A stretch of DNA of 64,000 nt from Clostridiales bacterium (GCA_017513085.1 JAFWDK010000015.1:32001-96000); one strand, 5' to 3'; positions 38,247-48,272 are shown, numbered from the stretch's first letter. The notes: generated from the sequence alone by a model not told the origin. Numbers and translations are program-made.

Positions 38247-39026
38247 TCAGTCGGTAATCAGCTCTACCATCTCTTTGATCTTATCGCCTACATCCTCCGT
38301 ACGATGTGCATCCGAAGACGTGATGATCGGCACATTATGCTTTTTCAGAATGCGGATCAGTTCCGGTTCCATTCCAAGGGAAGCGGTGTCCGGGCAGCGC
38401 CGGTAGGCGCCGCTGTTTTCATCAGCATACATGCCGTTTCGCGCCAAGGCTTCCGCTAGTTTCTCGTAATATTCCGTGAGCGGAAAAGACGCTTTATGCC
38501 CGAAAAGCTTGATGGTATCCGGATGACCGATCCCGTCGAAAAGCCCGCTGTCCGCAAGTTTCACGGAATCTTCGAAATACCTTCTGTAGGTGCTGTCCAC
38601 GTCGATCCCTTCCCACAGATCTGCATTATGATCGAAGGCAAAATCACCTACGAAGTGCATGCTTCCGAGAAGGAAATCCAATCCCTTATCCTTCGTCAGT
38701 TCGCGGATGAGATCTTCGTATTTTTCGAAGTAGCAGACCTCAAGTCCGAACTTGATCTTCACGGGATACTCCTGCTGCCGCACCTTATCCACCAGTTCCA
38801 GATACTCGCTAAAGTACTTCTTCCCGGCCTTTCGCTGAAACCAGTTGTCGACAAAATCACTTGCCGCGCGGGTAGAATCGTACATAGGAGCGAACTCCGG
38901 GAACATGTAGTTATGCTCCAGAAGCCGGATCTCTGAAAGCCCCATCTTCACCGCCTGATCCACAAACTCCTGGATCCAGGGAAGAGTATACGGACCCCTT
39001 TCGATATGGATGTGTCCGTCGATCAT
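38247..39026 (-). CDS. PHP-domain phosphatase (HisK/HisJ-like)
   Basis: DGHIH, LEH, GLEV, GSMH, GHPD, SSDAH. Confidence 0.85.
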   Translation of the reverse strand: MIDGHIHIERGPYTLPWIQEFVDQAVKMGLSEIRLLEHNYMFPEFAPMYDSTRAASDFVDNWFQRKAGKKYFSEYLELVDKVRQQEYPVKIKFGLEVCYFEKYEDLIRELTKDKGLDFLLGSMHFVGDFAFDHNADLWEGIDVDSTYRRYFEDSVKLADSGLFDGIGHPDTIKLFGHKASFPLTEYYEKLAEALARNGMYADENSGAYRRCPDTASLGMEPELIRILKKHNVPIITSSDAHRTEDVGDKIKEMVELITD

Positions 39027-40012
39027 GCTTTCCCCGACTCCTTCGCCGTCTCACCTGCCGCCGTTTTTTCCGCCTTCCGGATAGCTTCTGCCAGATTTCT
39101 TCCGTAGATCTCACAGCCCAGTGCATTCGGGTGCAGATTGTCGAGGAAATATTCCGGGAAATGCGGCACCATCTGCATTCCGTCGATTACAGTAACATTG
39201 TTATACTTTTCTGCGATAGCCTTCACTTTCCCGCAGAACTCGATCAGCTTCGGAAGTCCGTCCCAGGAATCACCACGCCAGAGCGGAGTGATGCAGAAGA
39301 TCGGGATCTCGTTTCCGTAGATGCTGATCAGGGTCTCGTAGTACTCCTCGACCGGGGTCATATCCTTCTCGCCGTACTGGTTCGTGCCAAGGGCCACGAT
39401 GATCTTATCCGGAGTATAACCGTTCATCTTCATGAGGGACTTCTTATCGTAGATATAGCCGCCGATGCCCTGGTTGATGATGTCGTAATTCAGGATCCGG
39501 TTGGCGACACTGACGTAGGTGCAGGACGAACGGAGCGGGCCGTATCCCTGAGTAATGGAGTCGCCCAGCCACAGGACTTTTTCGTTCTTCTTGGCAGGTG
39601 TCACTTCCGCATCGATGGTGAAGTTACGGATCAAGACCGTCGCATCCGCCGGCAGGTAAATGACGACGGACTTTTCGCCTTCCGGAAGTTCCCACTCGAA
39701 AGTGCCGACATCCATGATATCCTTGACCCGCGCGATATTCGTAACAAAACCATTCACCAGGAGTTCAAAGGAATCCGGAGATCCTTTCCAGATGGTCTTA
39801 TAGTCGAAAGAAAGCTTCGTCGCAGACGTGGTGAATTCCAGTGTTTTTGCCGTAGTAGCCGTGCATCTTTCGTACCACATGAAAAAAGCACCTTTAAAGT
39901 ACTCAATCTGATCCTTGGTGTACTGGAAGGCCTGGAGATACCCGTCCTCCGTCTCCTCGAATTCATATGCGCCGAAATAGATCTTCTTTAATTCTTCGTT
40001 CGTTAAAACCAT
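39023..40012 (-). CDS. SGNH/GDSL hydrolase
   Basis: LGDSITQG, NQGIGG, GTN, DNLHPN. Confidence 0.9.
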   Translation of the reverse strand: MVLTNEELKKIYFGAYEFEETEDGYLQAFQYTKDQIEYFKGAFFMWYERCTATTAKTLEFTTSATKLSFDYKTIWKGSPDSFELLVNGFVTNIARVKDIMDVGTFEWELPEGEKSVVIYLPADATVLIRNFTIDAEVTPAKKNEKVLWLGDSITQGYGPLRSSCTYVSVANRILNYDIINQGIGGYIYDKKSLMKMNGYTPDKIIVALGTNQYGEKDMTPVEEYYETLISIYGNEIPIFCITPLWRGDSWDGLPKLIEFCGKVKAIAEKYNNVTVIDGMQMVPHFPEYFLDNLHPNALGCEIYGRNLAEAIRKAEKTAAGETAKESGKA

Positions 40013-40158
40013 ATTTTTGTCTCCTTATCCTTCGAAGGCTGATGTATCTATTCTACTATTGTGCAGATCCTTTATCCGTCCTTCTTATGAATCAGCTTGA
40101 AAAGGACCCACCATTTTCTCCGTGGTAGATCATCTGCTCTGACATACCGCTCTCCATC

Positions 40159-41301
40159 TCATCCCACGATCCCGGCAAACTTTTCCATGATCTCCGATAT
40201 ACCGATACTCTGCGGGCAGACCTGCTCGCAGCTCTGGCAGTGCAGGCATGCGGAAGGTTTCTTCTCCTGCGGCATCGAGCTCACCGCCATCGGAGCAATG
40301 AAGTCGAATCCGCCGCCGGCAACCGTAACATTATGTTCGTTGTAGAGCGCGATCAATCTTGGGATATCCAGCTCCATCGGGCAATGACTCACGCAGTAAT
40401 GACATGCGGTACAAGGAACGGAACCTATACTGAGGATCTCGGAAGCTACCTTCAGAAGTCCTTCCATTTCACTTTCGGAAAGAGGCTTATCTTCCGAGAA
40501 AGTCTTGATGTTCGCACGAAGCTGCTCCGGATCCGACATGCCGGAAAGAACCATCGTCACCTCCGGGATCGACTGCAAGAAACGGAACGCCCACGCCGGG
40601 ATCTCTTCCTCCGGACGCAGTGCTCGTAACTCAGATTCAAACTTCTCCGGAAGCTTCGCTAGTTTTCCGCCACGTAGCGGCTCCATGACCCAGACCGGGA
40701 TGCCGTATTCTTTCAGCATCTCCACCTTCTCTTGACCATGCTGGAACGTCCAGTCCAGATAGTTCAGCTGCAGCTGGCAGAATTCCATATCTTTTCCATA
40801 GGCTTCAAGGAAGCGGCGGAGCACATCCGGCTCGCCATGACAGGAGAACCCGAGATGACGGATCTTGCCTTCGTTTCTTCTCTCGATCAGGTAATCGTAG
40901 ATGCCGTATTTCGGATCGAGATACGCATCAATATTCATCTCACACACGTTATGGAAAAGATAGAAATCAAAATAATCGTGACCGGTCTTCTCCAACTGTT
41001 TCGGGAAGATCTCCTTGACCTTCGGCATATTCGAGAGGTCATATCCCGGGAACTTATCCGCAAGATAATAACTGTCGCGCGGGTGCTTCCGGAGCGCCTC
41101 GCCAAGGACGATCTCTGAGTTGCCGTTATGGTATCCGAATGCTGTATCAAAGTAATTGATTCCTGCGTCAAACGCCTCATCCACCATCTTCTGTGTATGC
41201 TCCACATCGATCTGGCTGTCATTTCCGTCGATCACGGGAAGACGCATCGCGCCAAAGCCAAGAGCAGAAAGCTTAATGTCCTGAAAATCTCGATACAACA
41301 T
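40159..41301 (-). CDS. Aldo/keto reductase with C-terminal 4Fe-4S dicluster
   Basis: LGFGAMRLP, YFDTA, MEPLRGG, CTACHYC...C, CLHCQSCEQVCPQ. Confidence 0.9.
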   Translation of the reverse strand: MLYRDFQDIKLSALGFGAMRLPVIDGNDSQIDVEHTQKMVDEAFDAGINYFDTAFGYHNGNSEIVLGEALRKHPRDSYYLADKFPGYDLSNMPKVKEIFPKQLEKTGHDYFDFYLFHNVCEMNIDAYLDPKYGIYDYLIERRNEGKIRHLGFSCHGEPDVLRRFLEAYGKDMEFCQLQLNYLDWTFQHGQEKVEMLKEYGIPVWVMEPLRGGKLAKLPEKFESELRALRPEEEIPAWAFRFLQSIPEVTMVLSGMSDPEQLRANIKTFSEDKPLSESEMEGLLKVASEILSIGSVPCTACHYCVSHCPMELDIPRLIALYNEHNVTVAGGGFDFIAPMAVSSMPQEKKPSACLHCQSCEQVCPQSIGISEIMEKFAGIVG

Positions 41302-41392
41302 AGGAAGACCCTCCTTCATTTGCGGTAATAATCTCACTTACGGAGTCGCGAAGACACGCATTCCGATGTATTCATTATATCACCGCATCAGA

Positions 41393-41809
41393 TCACGCCA
41401 GTGCTTTTGCCAGGAAATACTTCGTCAGCTTCGGGTTTTTATCCTCGCGGATGAACTCCACCCGGAACCCGAGTTTCTTATAGAATTCCGGCGCCTGAAA
41501 CCCGAAGGTCGTCAGCGTGATCTTCTCGTATCCCTTGCCGGAGAATGCCTCCTCCACAGCATGCACGAGCTTGCTTCCGAGTCCGCTTCTTCTTTGGTCT
41601 TCCGCGATGATCAGATCGCCGACATGCACCTCGTTATAGTAGGCTCTTCCAGTGATCACGCCAAGGATCTTCCCATCCTCACCTTCTGCGACAAAACAGT
41701 AATCCTCGTAGTTCACATCCACGCCGTTTTGCAGTGAATAATTCGCGAATCCATCTCCGATAAACTCACCGATCTTCTCGTTCTCTTCTTCTACTCTTCT
41801 GATCTGCAT
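41393..41809 (-). CDS. GNAT acetyltransferase
   Basis: QRRSGLGSKL, FQAPEFYKKLGF. Confidence 0.9.
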   Translation of the reverse strand: MQIRRVEEENEKIGEFIGDGFANYSLQNGVDVNYEDYCFVAEGEDGKILGVITGRAYYNEVHVGDLIIAEDQRRSGLGSKLVHAVEEAFSGKGYEKITLTTFGFQAPEFYKKLGFRVEFIREDKNPKLTKYFLAKALA

Positions 41810-41821
41810 TTTTCTCTCTCC

Positions 41822-42700
41822 TTAAAGATCCCAAAGACTCATCTGGGTGTATTTTTCCGGGAACTCGTGCATATACCGGAAGATCTCGTCCGGGTCATGC
41901 ATGATCCCTTTTTCTTTGCAAAAGCACTTGAACATCCTCATCAGTTCTTCCGACCTGGGGCTCGGGATAATGTACGCATTTCCGAAGTTCTTCATGTAGC
42001 GTTCCTTCATCCCCGGGAAGTGCTGATCCATCTTTTCATAGAGATATTCCCGATCACCCTCACGAAGGGTCACGCCCATGTCAAAAGATAAAATGCCCTT
42101 CACTCCGACTCTAGAACACTCTTCGAGGATCGGCTTTACATTCTCTTCGTTATCGTTAATGAACGGAAGAAGCGGCGTCAGCCACACAACGGTCGGGATG
42201 CCTCTTTTATTCATCTCCTCCAGCACTTCGATGCGCCGCTTCGTGTTACAGACATGAGGTTCCAGTATCTTACAAAGATCGTCATCGTAGGTGGTGAGCG
42301 TCATCTGCACGACGCACTTACTTGCTTCGTTGATCTCAGAAAGAAGATCGATGTCCATGAGGATCCGGTCCGACTTCGTCTGTACCGCCACACCGAAACC
42401 GTACTTCTTAATGACCTCCAGGCACTTCCTCATGAGGTGAAGATCCGCTTCGCAGTGCATATACGGATCCGACATGGAACCGGTGCCGATCATGCACTTA
42501 GTTCTCTTCGAGCGGAGTGCTCTCTCCAGAAGCTCCGGTGCATTTTGCTTCACTTCGATATCCTCGAAAGGATGCTTAAACTGATAGCAGGTGCTACGGC
42601 TGTCGCAGTAGATGCACCCGTGCGTACACCCACGGTAGATATTCATCCCGCAGGAACCATGGTTATTTGTCAGGATCCCTTTTGCATCCACAAAGTGCAT
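41822..42700 (-). CDS. Radical SAM protein (SplB/Rv2578c-like)
   Basis: NIYRGCTHGCIYCDSR, MSDPY, QTKSD, PLLPFIND. Confidence 0.85.
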   Translation of the reverse strand: MHFVDAKGILTNNHGSCGMNIYRGCTHGCIYCDSRSTCYQFKHPFEDIEVKQNAPELLERALRSKRTKCMIGTGSMSDPYMHCEADLHLMRKCLEVIKKYGFGVAVQTKSDRILMDIDLLSEINEASKCVVQMTLTTYDDDLCKILEPHVCNTKRRIEVLEEMNKRGIPTVVWLTPLLPFINDNEENVKPILEECSRVGVKGILSFDMGVTLREGDREYLYEKMDQHFPGMKERYMKNFGNAYIIPSPRSEELMRMFKCFCKEKGIMHDPDEIFRYMHEFPEKYTQMSLWDL

Positions 42701-42845
42701 CGCGCTTCTCCTTTCGATCAACAGTTTACTAACATTTTCCGACTTACAAAGTCAGCAAATGCAAGTATAATGGAGACAGGAAGCAGTTAACTTGCTTCCC
42801 TCGAATAGTTACATTATATCACAAAAGGAACGTATTTTCGACCAC

Positions 42846-43769
42846 TTACTCTTGCTTTTTCTGCATGTGAAGAAGCTTCTTTTCCTTCTGGTAGCCGATC
42901 TTTTTATAGAACAGATTTCCTCCGCCGGTCATGATCTCGGCGCCGAGCTTACGCATCACCTGATCGTGACGGGACAGTGCTGCGGCGGCAAGTCCTTTGT
43001 GCTGATGGGAAGGAACTGTTCCGAGCGGCTCCATGTAGGCCAGTTTATTTTCCGGCACCCACCACATACCTGAGAAACAGACATATTCTTCGTTCTCATC
43101 GGCGATGATCACGGTGTAATCATATGTGGCATGCGGAGAAGGAGCGATCGTGCAGCCATACACATCCTGAAAGAGTTCATGGGCACTTGCGCCACCGCTC
43201 TTTTTGGGGGTCTCCACATCCGTAAACTCTCCGAAATCTTCGCTCATAAAACTGTCCCACATACACTTGGCGGACTTGAGTGGATCCGATGTTTTTGAAT
43301 CTACAAAATGGTATCCTTCCGGAAGCGGATAGTCGAGTTTTCCTTCACGGAAATCGAAGTAGTTTTCCGGTTCTTCATAAGTTACCTGATAGCCGCGCTT
43401 CTTCGCTTCCTCGATCAGCGCGGTCTGGCTGCTGTACAGGTTAAACTCGCGTGGTTCATCAAATTTCGGGTAAGCCTTTTCTGCATACTCGATCATTTCC
43501 CCGGCCAGAAATTCATAGCCTGGACGAAGAACAAAGTATGTGGAAGTAACAGGATTCTCGTAAAACACAAAAGCCACCGGAATATCTCCATCCATCCAGA
43601 AACGATTGAGGCGGAGATAATCTTTATCCATCCAGCAGCAAGTGATCGCATACTCCAGAAACGGTGCCGCAGGTCCGTTACTTCCCTCGGGATCATAGAC
43701 ATCTGTCATGAGTTTCCATGCAAGATCTATGTCTGTTAATATCTGAAATTGTTTTGTTCTAATAGTCAT
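42846..43769 (-). CDS. GNAT acetyltransferase (long form)
   Basis: MEPLGTVPSHQHKGLA, FYKKIGY. Confidence 0.85.
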   Translation of the reverse strand: MTIRTKQFQILTDIDLAWKLMTDVYDPEGSNGPAAPFLEYAITCCWMDKDYLRLNRFWMDGDIPVAFVFYENPVTSTYFVLRPGYEFLAGEMIEYAEKAYPKFDEPREFNLYSSQTALIEEAKKRGYQVTYEEPENYFDFREGKLDYPLPEGYHFVDSKTSDPLKSAKCMWDSFMSEDFGEFTDVETPKKSGGASAHELFQDVYGCTIAPSPHATYDYTVIIADENEEYVCFSGMWWVPENKLAYMEPLGTVPSHQHKGLAAAALSRHDQVMRKLGAEIMTGGGNLFYKKIGYQKEKKLLHMQKKQE

Positions 43770-44191
43770 GTTTCTTTATCCCCTTCCAGCCACTGATGCA
43801 TGCCGGGTCCGAACTGTTCCGACGGACGGTCCACAAATCCGAATTTCTTATAAAACTCGTTTTTTCCTTTGGCGGACATTAGGGACACCATAAACAGATA
43901 TCCGGGTTTCATCTGGGCACGGATGAAGTCCATCATGGTCTCCATGATCTTTCTTCCCAGGCCTTGTCCCTGATGCTCCGGAAGCACGATGACATCCGCT
44001 ATATAGATCACATATCCATGGTCCCAGATGATCCTTCCCAGAGCAATCGGGCGGTCATCTTCACGGATACACCAGATATAGCAGTTCTTCAAGCCCTCGG
44101 CAGCCTGTTCCAGCGGGAACTCATGCCAGCCGACTGCTTTTCTCATCGCCATGTATTCATCCGGACGGATCGTATTTGTCATCACCTGCAT
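43766..44191 (-). CDS. GNAT acetyltransferase
   Basis: DVIVLPEHQGQGLG, FYKKFGF. Confidence 0.9.
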   Translation of the reverse strand: MQVMTNTIRPDEYMAMRKAVGWHEFPLEQAAEGLKNCYIWCIREDDRPIALGRIIWDHGYVIYIADVIVLPEHQGQGLGRKIMETMMDFIRAQMKPGYLFMVSLMSAKGKNEFYKKFGFVDRPSEQFGPGMHQWLEGDKET

Positions 44192-44264
44192 CGCACATGC
44201 CTTCTTTCGATTATTCTTCTGTCATTATAATCTACCCGGTTTCATTGCAACAGAAACTGGTAGT

Positions 44265-44824
44265 TTATATATTGCCTATATATGTTCCCAGCCAGGTAGA
44301 GATAATATATTTCCGATCCTCGTCTATCATCTTAAAATCAGCAAGGTATTCATATTCAAACTCACGCACCAGTTTCATGGACGATAGTTCTAATAATGCA
44401 GATACGCATATAAGGTATGTCCTTTCTCATCTTTAAACCCATCGTCTAAAATACTGAAATGATTCTCCATATCCAGAAGCATCGTGTTCCCATTATCAAG
44501 ATCCAGAATGTAATTACTGTCGTCGGTGAACGTCATGAGATTGCCTTCGCACTTCAACATTTTATTTCTGAAGATCTCTTCTCCGGTTTCCATGGATATC
44601 AGTGCCAGAAGTCCGCTGGTGTTCTTTGCCGCTACCAGTTTTCTGTCCGGAGATACCGCAACATATCCAACATTGCTGACGGTTTTCGTCTTAAGTACAG
44701 GCTCTAGTGTCTCAAGATCATAAACATAGATACCGTTTCTGCCATTACTCGTTGCGGTCAGTTTCTCATCATCGGATATAAACAGATCCCACGACCAGCC
44801 GCTTATCTTCTTATCTTTCGCCAT
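44265..44824 (-). pseudogene. Beta-propeller (WD40/YVTN-like) gene, frameshifted or internally deleted
   Basis: Blades IYVYDLET, VAVSPDRK, FTDDSNY stop at 44390; a second frame continues LELSSMKLVREF...YIISTWLGTYIGNI* to 44265. Confidence 0.6.
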
Positions 44825-44834
44825 TTTCTACCCC

Positions 44835-46394
44835 TTACATCAGGTTCTTATGATTTCCATTATAGCTCTTAAACACGAGTTTCCCGGCATCATCTTTATT
44901 GTTTCTATAAAGCCGGATCTCGGTTTCATGAAGCGGATAGCACTTGCCGCCTGCTTTGATTTCGAATGTAAAAGCACTTTCCCCGGTTCCGACACGGATG
45001 ATGAATTCTCCTTTCAGGGAGTCACCTCTGTTTCCGAACGCCTCGTCAAAAACCCGCAGGATCTCCTCTTTATTGAAGTAAATAAAGCAGGAGTATTTCT
45101 CTTTCTCATCTTCGAAGCGTAAGAACACATCCTTCAAGCGGGCAGGATCCATCTTCTCTTCCCATTCCCCACCGGAAAGGATCTTTTCTCCGTTGAAAAA
45201 ACGGCAGATGGTTTTCGTGATTTTGAAGCGGTCGTTTTCCGGACGGAAAAGGATCGTATAGTGGAATCTTTTCAGGTAGTTGTTGATGGTTTCAAGAGAA
45301 GGAACTCCGGATACTTCGCCGATCTCATCACCGGTTCTCTCGTGGGTAATGAAATTGCTCTTTTTCTCTTTCAGAAAGTCCGACACCTTCTGCTCATACT
45401 CCTTCGTCAATTCCCCCTGAAGAGGATAATCGAGCATGATGTTATGGATCTGGTTACGCCAGTTATGATACATAACCACTTTTCCATGAGGCAGGATCTG
45501 AAATTCGATATAATCCCATCTGAATCGTTCTTCATCATCCAGATAGCGATTCAGCTCATCCGGAAGATCTGCATCTAATTTATACGTATTCCCTTCAGAA
45601 AAGTCATACCATGCCATTACCACATGACTTGGCACAGGCGGCGAATCTCCGCCCTCATCACCTGCGAATCCGAGACAGCCGCGAAGAAGACCGTAGCTGG
45701 ACACACTATGTGTTTCGGTTGAAAAAGTGAATTTCCCTTCCAGAAGAAAAAAACACAACTTACCATACGTCTTCACACTGATATTGTTACTTCCATATAC
45801 ATCCCAGTGCGTAAGTTCAATCGGGACCGCATCCAGTTCTTTTCCTTCCCACTCGTCATTTCCCTCCAGCATACTTTCCCGGAACAGTGCTTTTCGATAG
45901 TCTTCCGTGCGAAGCTTAGCCCATCTTGCATGGTCATCAAATGCATCGCCGGAAAGATGTGACTCCCGGTTCATCAGCATAATAGAAATACTGATCAAAG
46001 CAGCAAAAGCTAACACAATATATAAACCGATCGGGTTTCCGTTCACTTTGAAAAACTGAATCAGAAGGAAAGATATCACACCCAGGATCACACTTGTAAC
46101 TGTCACATAGAACGAACGGAAACCGCGTGCCATACCGTTCCCCGCCGCGTCACTGTTGGGATAGAAGGGCCTGAAATAGAACCAGTAATGGTCAAAAAGA
46201 ATGATCGCGATCATAGAAGAAAATGGTGATCTCAACGCGATGAGATAAAGGCTTTCCAGCTGGGATAGAAGGACCAGCGATATGAATGTGGTCAGAAGAA
46301 AATTTCTTACACGGCGGGCCGGCTTATACAGCCATTTCACACACAGGCCGAAAAAGCTGCCTAAAATACAGGCCACATATAATCCGATATGCAT
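44835..46394 (-). CDS. Membrane-anchored protein with DUF2931-like domain(s)
   Basis: Four N-terminal TM segments; PVPSHVVMAWYDFSEGNTYKLDADLP...ILPHGKVVMY resembles the DUF2931 core. Confidence 0.5.
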   Translation of the reverse strand: MHIGLYVACILGSFFGLCVKWLYKPARRVRNFLLTTFISLVLLSQLESLYLIALRSPFSSMIAIILFDHYWFYFRPFYPNSDAAGNGMARGFRSFYVTVTSVILGVISFLLIQFFKVNGNPIGLYIVLAFAALISISIMLMNRESHLSGDAFDDHARWAKLRTEDYRKALFRESMLEGNDEWEGKELDAVPIELTHWDVYGSNNISVKTYGKLCFFLLEGKFTFSTETHSVSSYGLLRGCLGFAGDEGGDSPPVPSHVVMAWYDFSEGNTYKLDADLPDELNRYLDDEERFRWDYIEFQILPHGKVVMYHNWRNQIHNIMLDYPLQGELTKEYEQKVSDFLKEKKSNFITHERTGDEIGEVSGVPSLETINNYLKRFHYTILFRPENDRFKITKTICRFFNGEKILSGGEWEEKMDPARLKDVFLRFEDEKEKYSCFIYFNKEEILRVFDEAFGNRGDSLKGEFIIRVGTGESAFTFEIKAGGKCYPLHETEIRLYRNNKDDAGKLVFKSYNGNHKNLM

Positions 46395-46521
46395 CGCCGA
46401 TCATTCTCCTTTTCCTCGATGAACAATATTCGAGGGGATTATATCAGCAAACCAAATCGCGATTTGGTAAAAAACTTACTTTTCTGTTGAATAAACTACT
46501 TGAGAATGCCCATAGGTATGA

Positions 46522-47145
46522 TTACTTTGGTCCTGTCGGTTTTCCATGACCATAGTAGATCTTTCTTGGACCTAGGCTTCTTATCTTCTCTGCGCTCGCC
46601 TTAAGGGCATCCTTATCACAATACAAGTGTCCGGTGGCCGGTGTGATCCAGTTATCCAGCGCATCGCCTACGATCAGGTCCGTTCCTTCCACATCCACGC
46701 CTATCGAGCCTTTCGTATGACCGGGAAATTCCAGTATCTTCGCGCTGATCCCATATTCGGACAGATCGTCTCCCTCTTTGATATGGATCACATTTTCAGG
46801 TCTTTTCACAACGGTATTGCGCAGAACTTTCAGTGACATTCCCAATACGACTTTCCCGACGATTCCGTAGGATTTCATCGGCTGATTATCGAAGCTCTCG
46901 AAAAGATTCTCGTCTGCTGCATGGTAAGCAACCGGTACCCCAAAGTGTTCTGAAAGTTTCGCCGCATTTTCTGCATGATCGAAATGCACATGTGTCAGTA
47001 CGATAAGGCGCATGTTATACTTGCTGCATTCTTCCAGCACTTTTTCATAAGACTCCCCGCTGGCCGTATCCACGAGGATCGCCTCTTTCCCTTCTGATAC
47101 GATGTAGCAGTTATCCGTCTTACCTTTGATCCATTCTATCTTCAT
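46522..47145 (-). CDS. Metallo-beta-lactamase-fold hydrolase
   Basis: LVDT, THVHFDH, PGHTKGS, VGD, GHG. Confidence 0.9.
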   Translation of the reverse strand: MKIEWIKGKTDNCYIVSEGKEAILVDTASGESYEKVLEECSKYNMRLIVLTHVHFDHAENAAKLSEHFGVPVAYHAADENLFESFDNQPMKSYGIVGKVVLGMSLKVLRNTVVKRPENVIHIKEGDDLSEYGISAKILEFPGHTKGSIGVDVEGTDLIVGDALDNWITPATGHLYCDKDALKASAEKIRSLGPRKIYYGHGKPTGPK

Positions 47146-47184
47146 CCTGTTCCTTATCCTTCCACTTCAGCAATCAGTTCTCAC

Positions 47185-47212
47185 AAAAGAGAGCCGGTTT
47201 CCCGACTCTCTT
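47185..47212 (-). terminator. Intrinsic terminator
   Basis: AAGAGAGTCGG-GAAA-CCGGCTCTC then TTTT on the minus strand. Confidence 0.75.
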
Positions 47213-47241
47213 CTATGAACTTTCGTATCTTATTATACTGC

Positions 47242-47976
47242 TTATTCTGCCTGATCGCAGTAGATCCGGATCGCGTTGTCCAAGAAAACCGCTGTGCCTT
47301 CTCCGCCCCAGGAATCGATGTTCTCGGTGAATTCACCGCCGCCGGAATACATCTTTCCAAGGCCGCGCAGGATCTTGGGGGTGCAGGTGTACATGTTTTC
47401 CGTGATGAATCCCTGGAGCTGCTTCACCATGTCCTGTGCTTCCGGTGATGCCGGATCTTTCTCCTTCATCTTTCCGGCTTCCTTAAACAGCAGCATGAAG
47501 CGGTCCATCATGAGGTTCTCCTCTTCCTTCGTCCGGCTGCTAGACTTCTCCTGCATCTCCTGAAACTCCGGTGTGCTCCCGTACTGTTCTTTTGCCTTGC
47601 GGGAATACTCATCTAACTTACTTCTATCAAAGGCTTTAAAATCCATATGCCTCACTCCTACTTTCTTTATTCCAAGCGCGAAATTCATCAGGTTCTCGAT
47701 GTGCTCCTTCTTAAGACGCAAAAGCTCGATCTGCTGATCCAGAGCTTTGTTTCTGTCAAAGTCCGGGCTGCTCAAGATTGCCTGAATATCCTTAAGCGGA
47801 AACTCCAATTCACGAAACAGTAAAATGTGCTGAAGGCGTTCCAGATCCGTATCGTCATACAGTCTGTATCCCGCATCGGTGTATCCCGTCGGATGCAAAA
47901 GACCGATCTTGTCGTAATACTGCAGGGTGCGTATACTCACCCCGGCGAGCTTACTTACTTCATGTACCGTCATCAT
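47242..47976 (-). CDS. MerR-family regulator with TipAS-like antibiotic-binding domain
   Basis: VSIRTLQYYDKIGLL, GYRLY; C-terminal DPASPEAQ...LGKMY...FTENID...GTAVF. Confidence 0.9.
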   Translation of the reverse strand: MMTVHEVSKLAGVSIRTLQYYDKIGLLHPTGYTDAGYRLYDDTDLERLQHILLFRELEFPLKDIQAILSSPDFDRNKALDQQIELLRLKKEHIENLMNFALGIKKVGVRHMDFKAFDRSKLDEYSRKAKEQYGSTPEFQEMQEKSSSRTKEEENLMMDRFMLLFKEAGKMKEKDPASPEAQDMVKQLQGFITENMYTCTPKILRGLGKMYSGGGEFTENIDSWGGEGTAVFLDNAIRIYCDQAE

Positions 47977-48007
47977 GTTTTCGTCCTCCACTTAGCTTGG
48001 TAGCTTT

Positions 48008-48038
48008 ACTATAAACTATGACGTAACGTCAGAGTCAA
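48008..48038 (-). promoter_or_regulatory. MerR-type promoter (19-bp spacer with dyad)
   Basis: TTGACT-19 bp-TATAGT with TGACGTTACGTCA palindrome. Confidence 0.85.
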
Positions 48039-48095
48039 GTGCTTTTTCCAAAGATGTATCATAAAGGGGTATTGTTCGAAAAAAGAATGATCTGA

Positions 48096-48168
48096 TTCCC
48101 GTTTTTTCCTCAAAAAGTATGAACCGATTTTTCTTGAACGACACTCCAAAAATGGTGCATCGTTCAAC
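48096..48168. repeat. 73-bp direct repeat, copy 1
   Basis: Identical to 48601-48673; contains the 34-bp dyad TTGAACGA-N18-TCGTTCAA. Confidence 0.9.
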
Positions 48169-48173
48169 GATCT

Positions 48174-48271
48174 GGGGGGTGGGGCGGGGAGCGTAAGGGG
48201 ACATGGGTGCTGGAGTGCAGGGGGGGCTGGAGTCAGGGGCCCAGGGGCGCAGGAGTCAAGGGTGCAGGGGC
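48174..48271 (+). other. G-rich tract, predicted G-quadruplex
   Basis: G6-T-G4-C-G4-N7-G4, followed by short GCAGGGG/GCTGGAGT-type units. Confidence 0.7.
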
Positions 48272-48272
48272 A

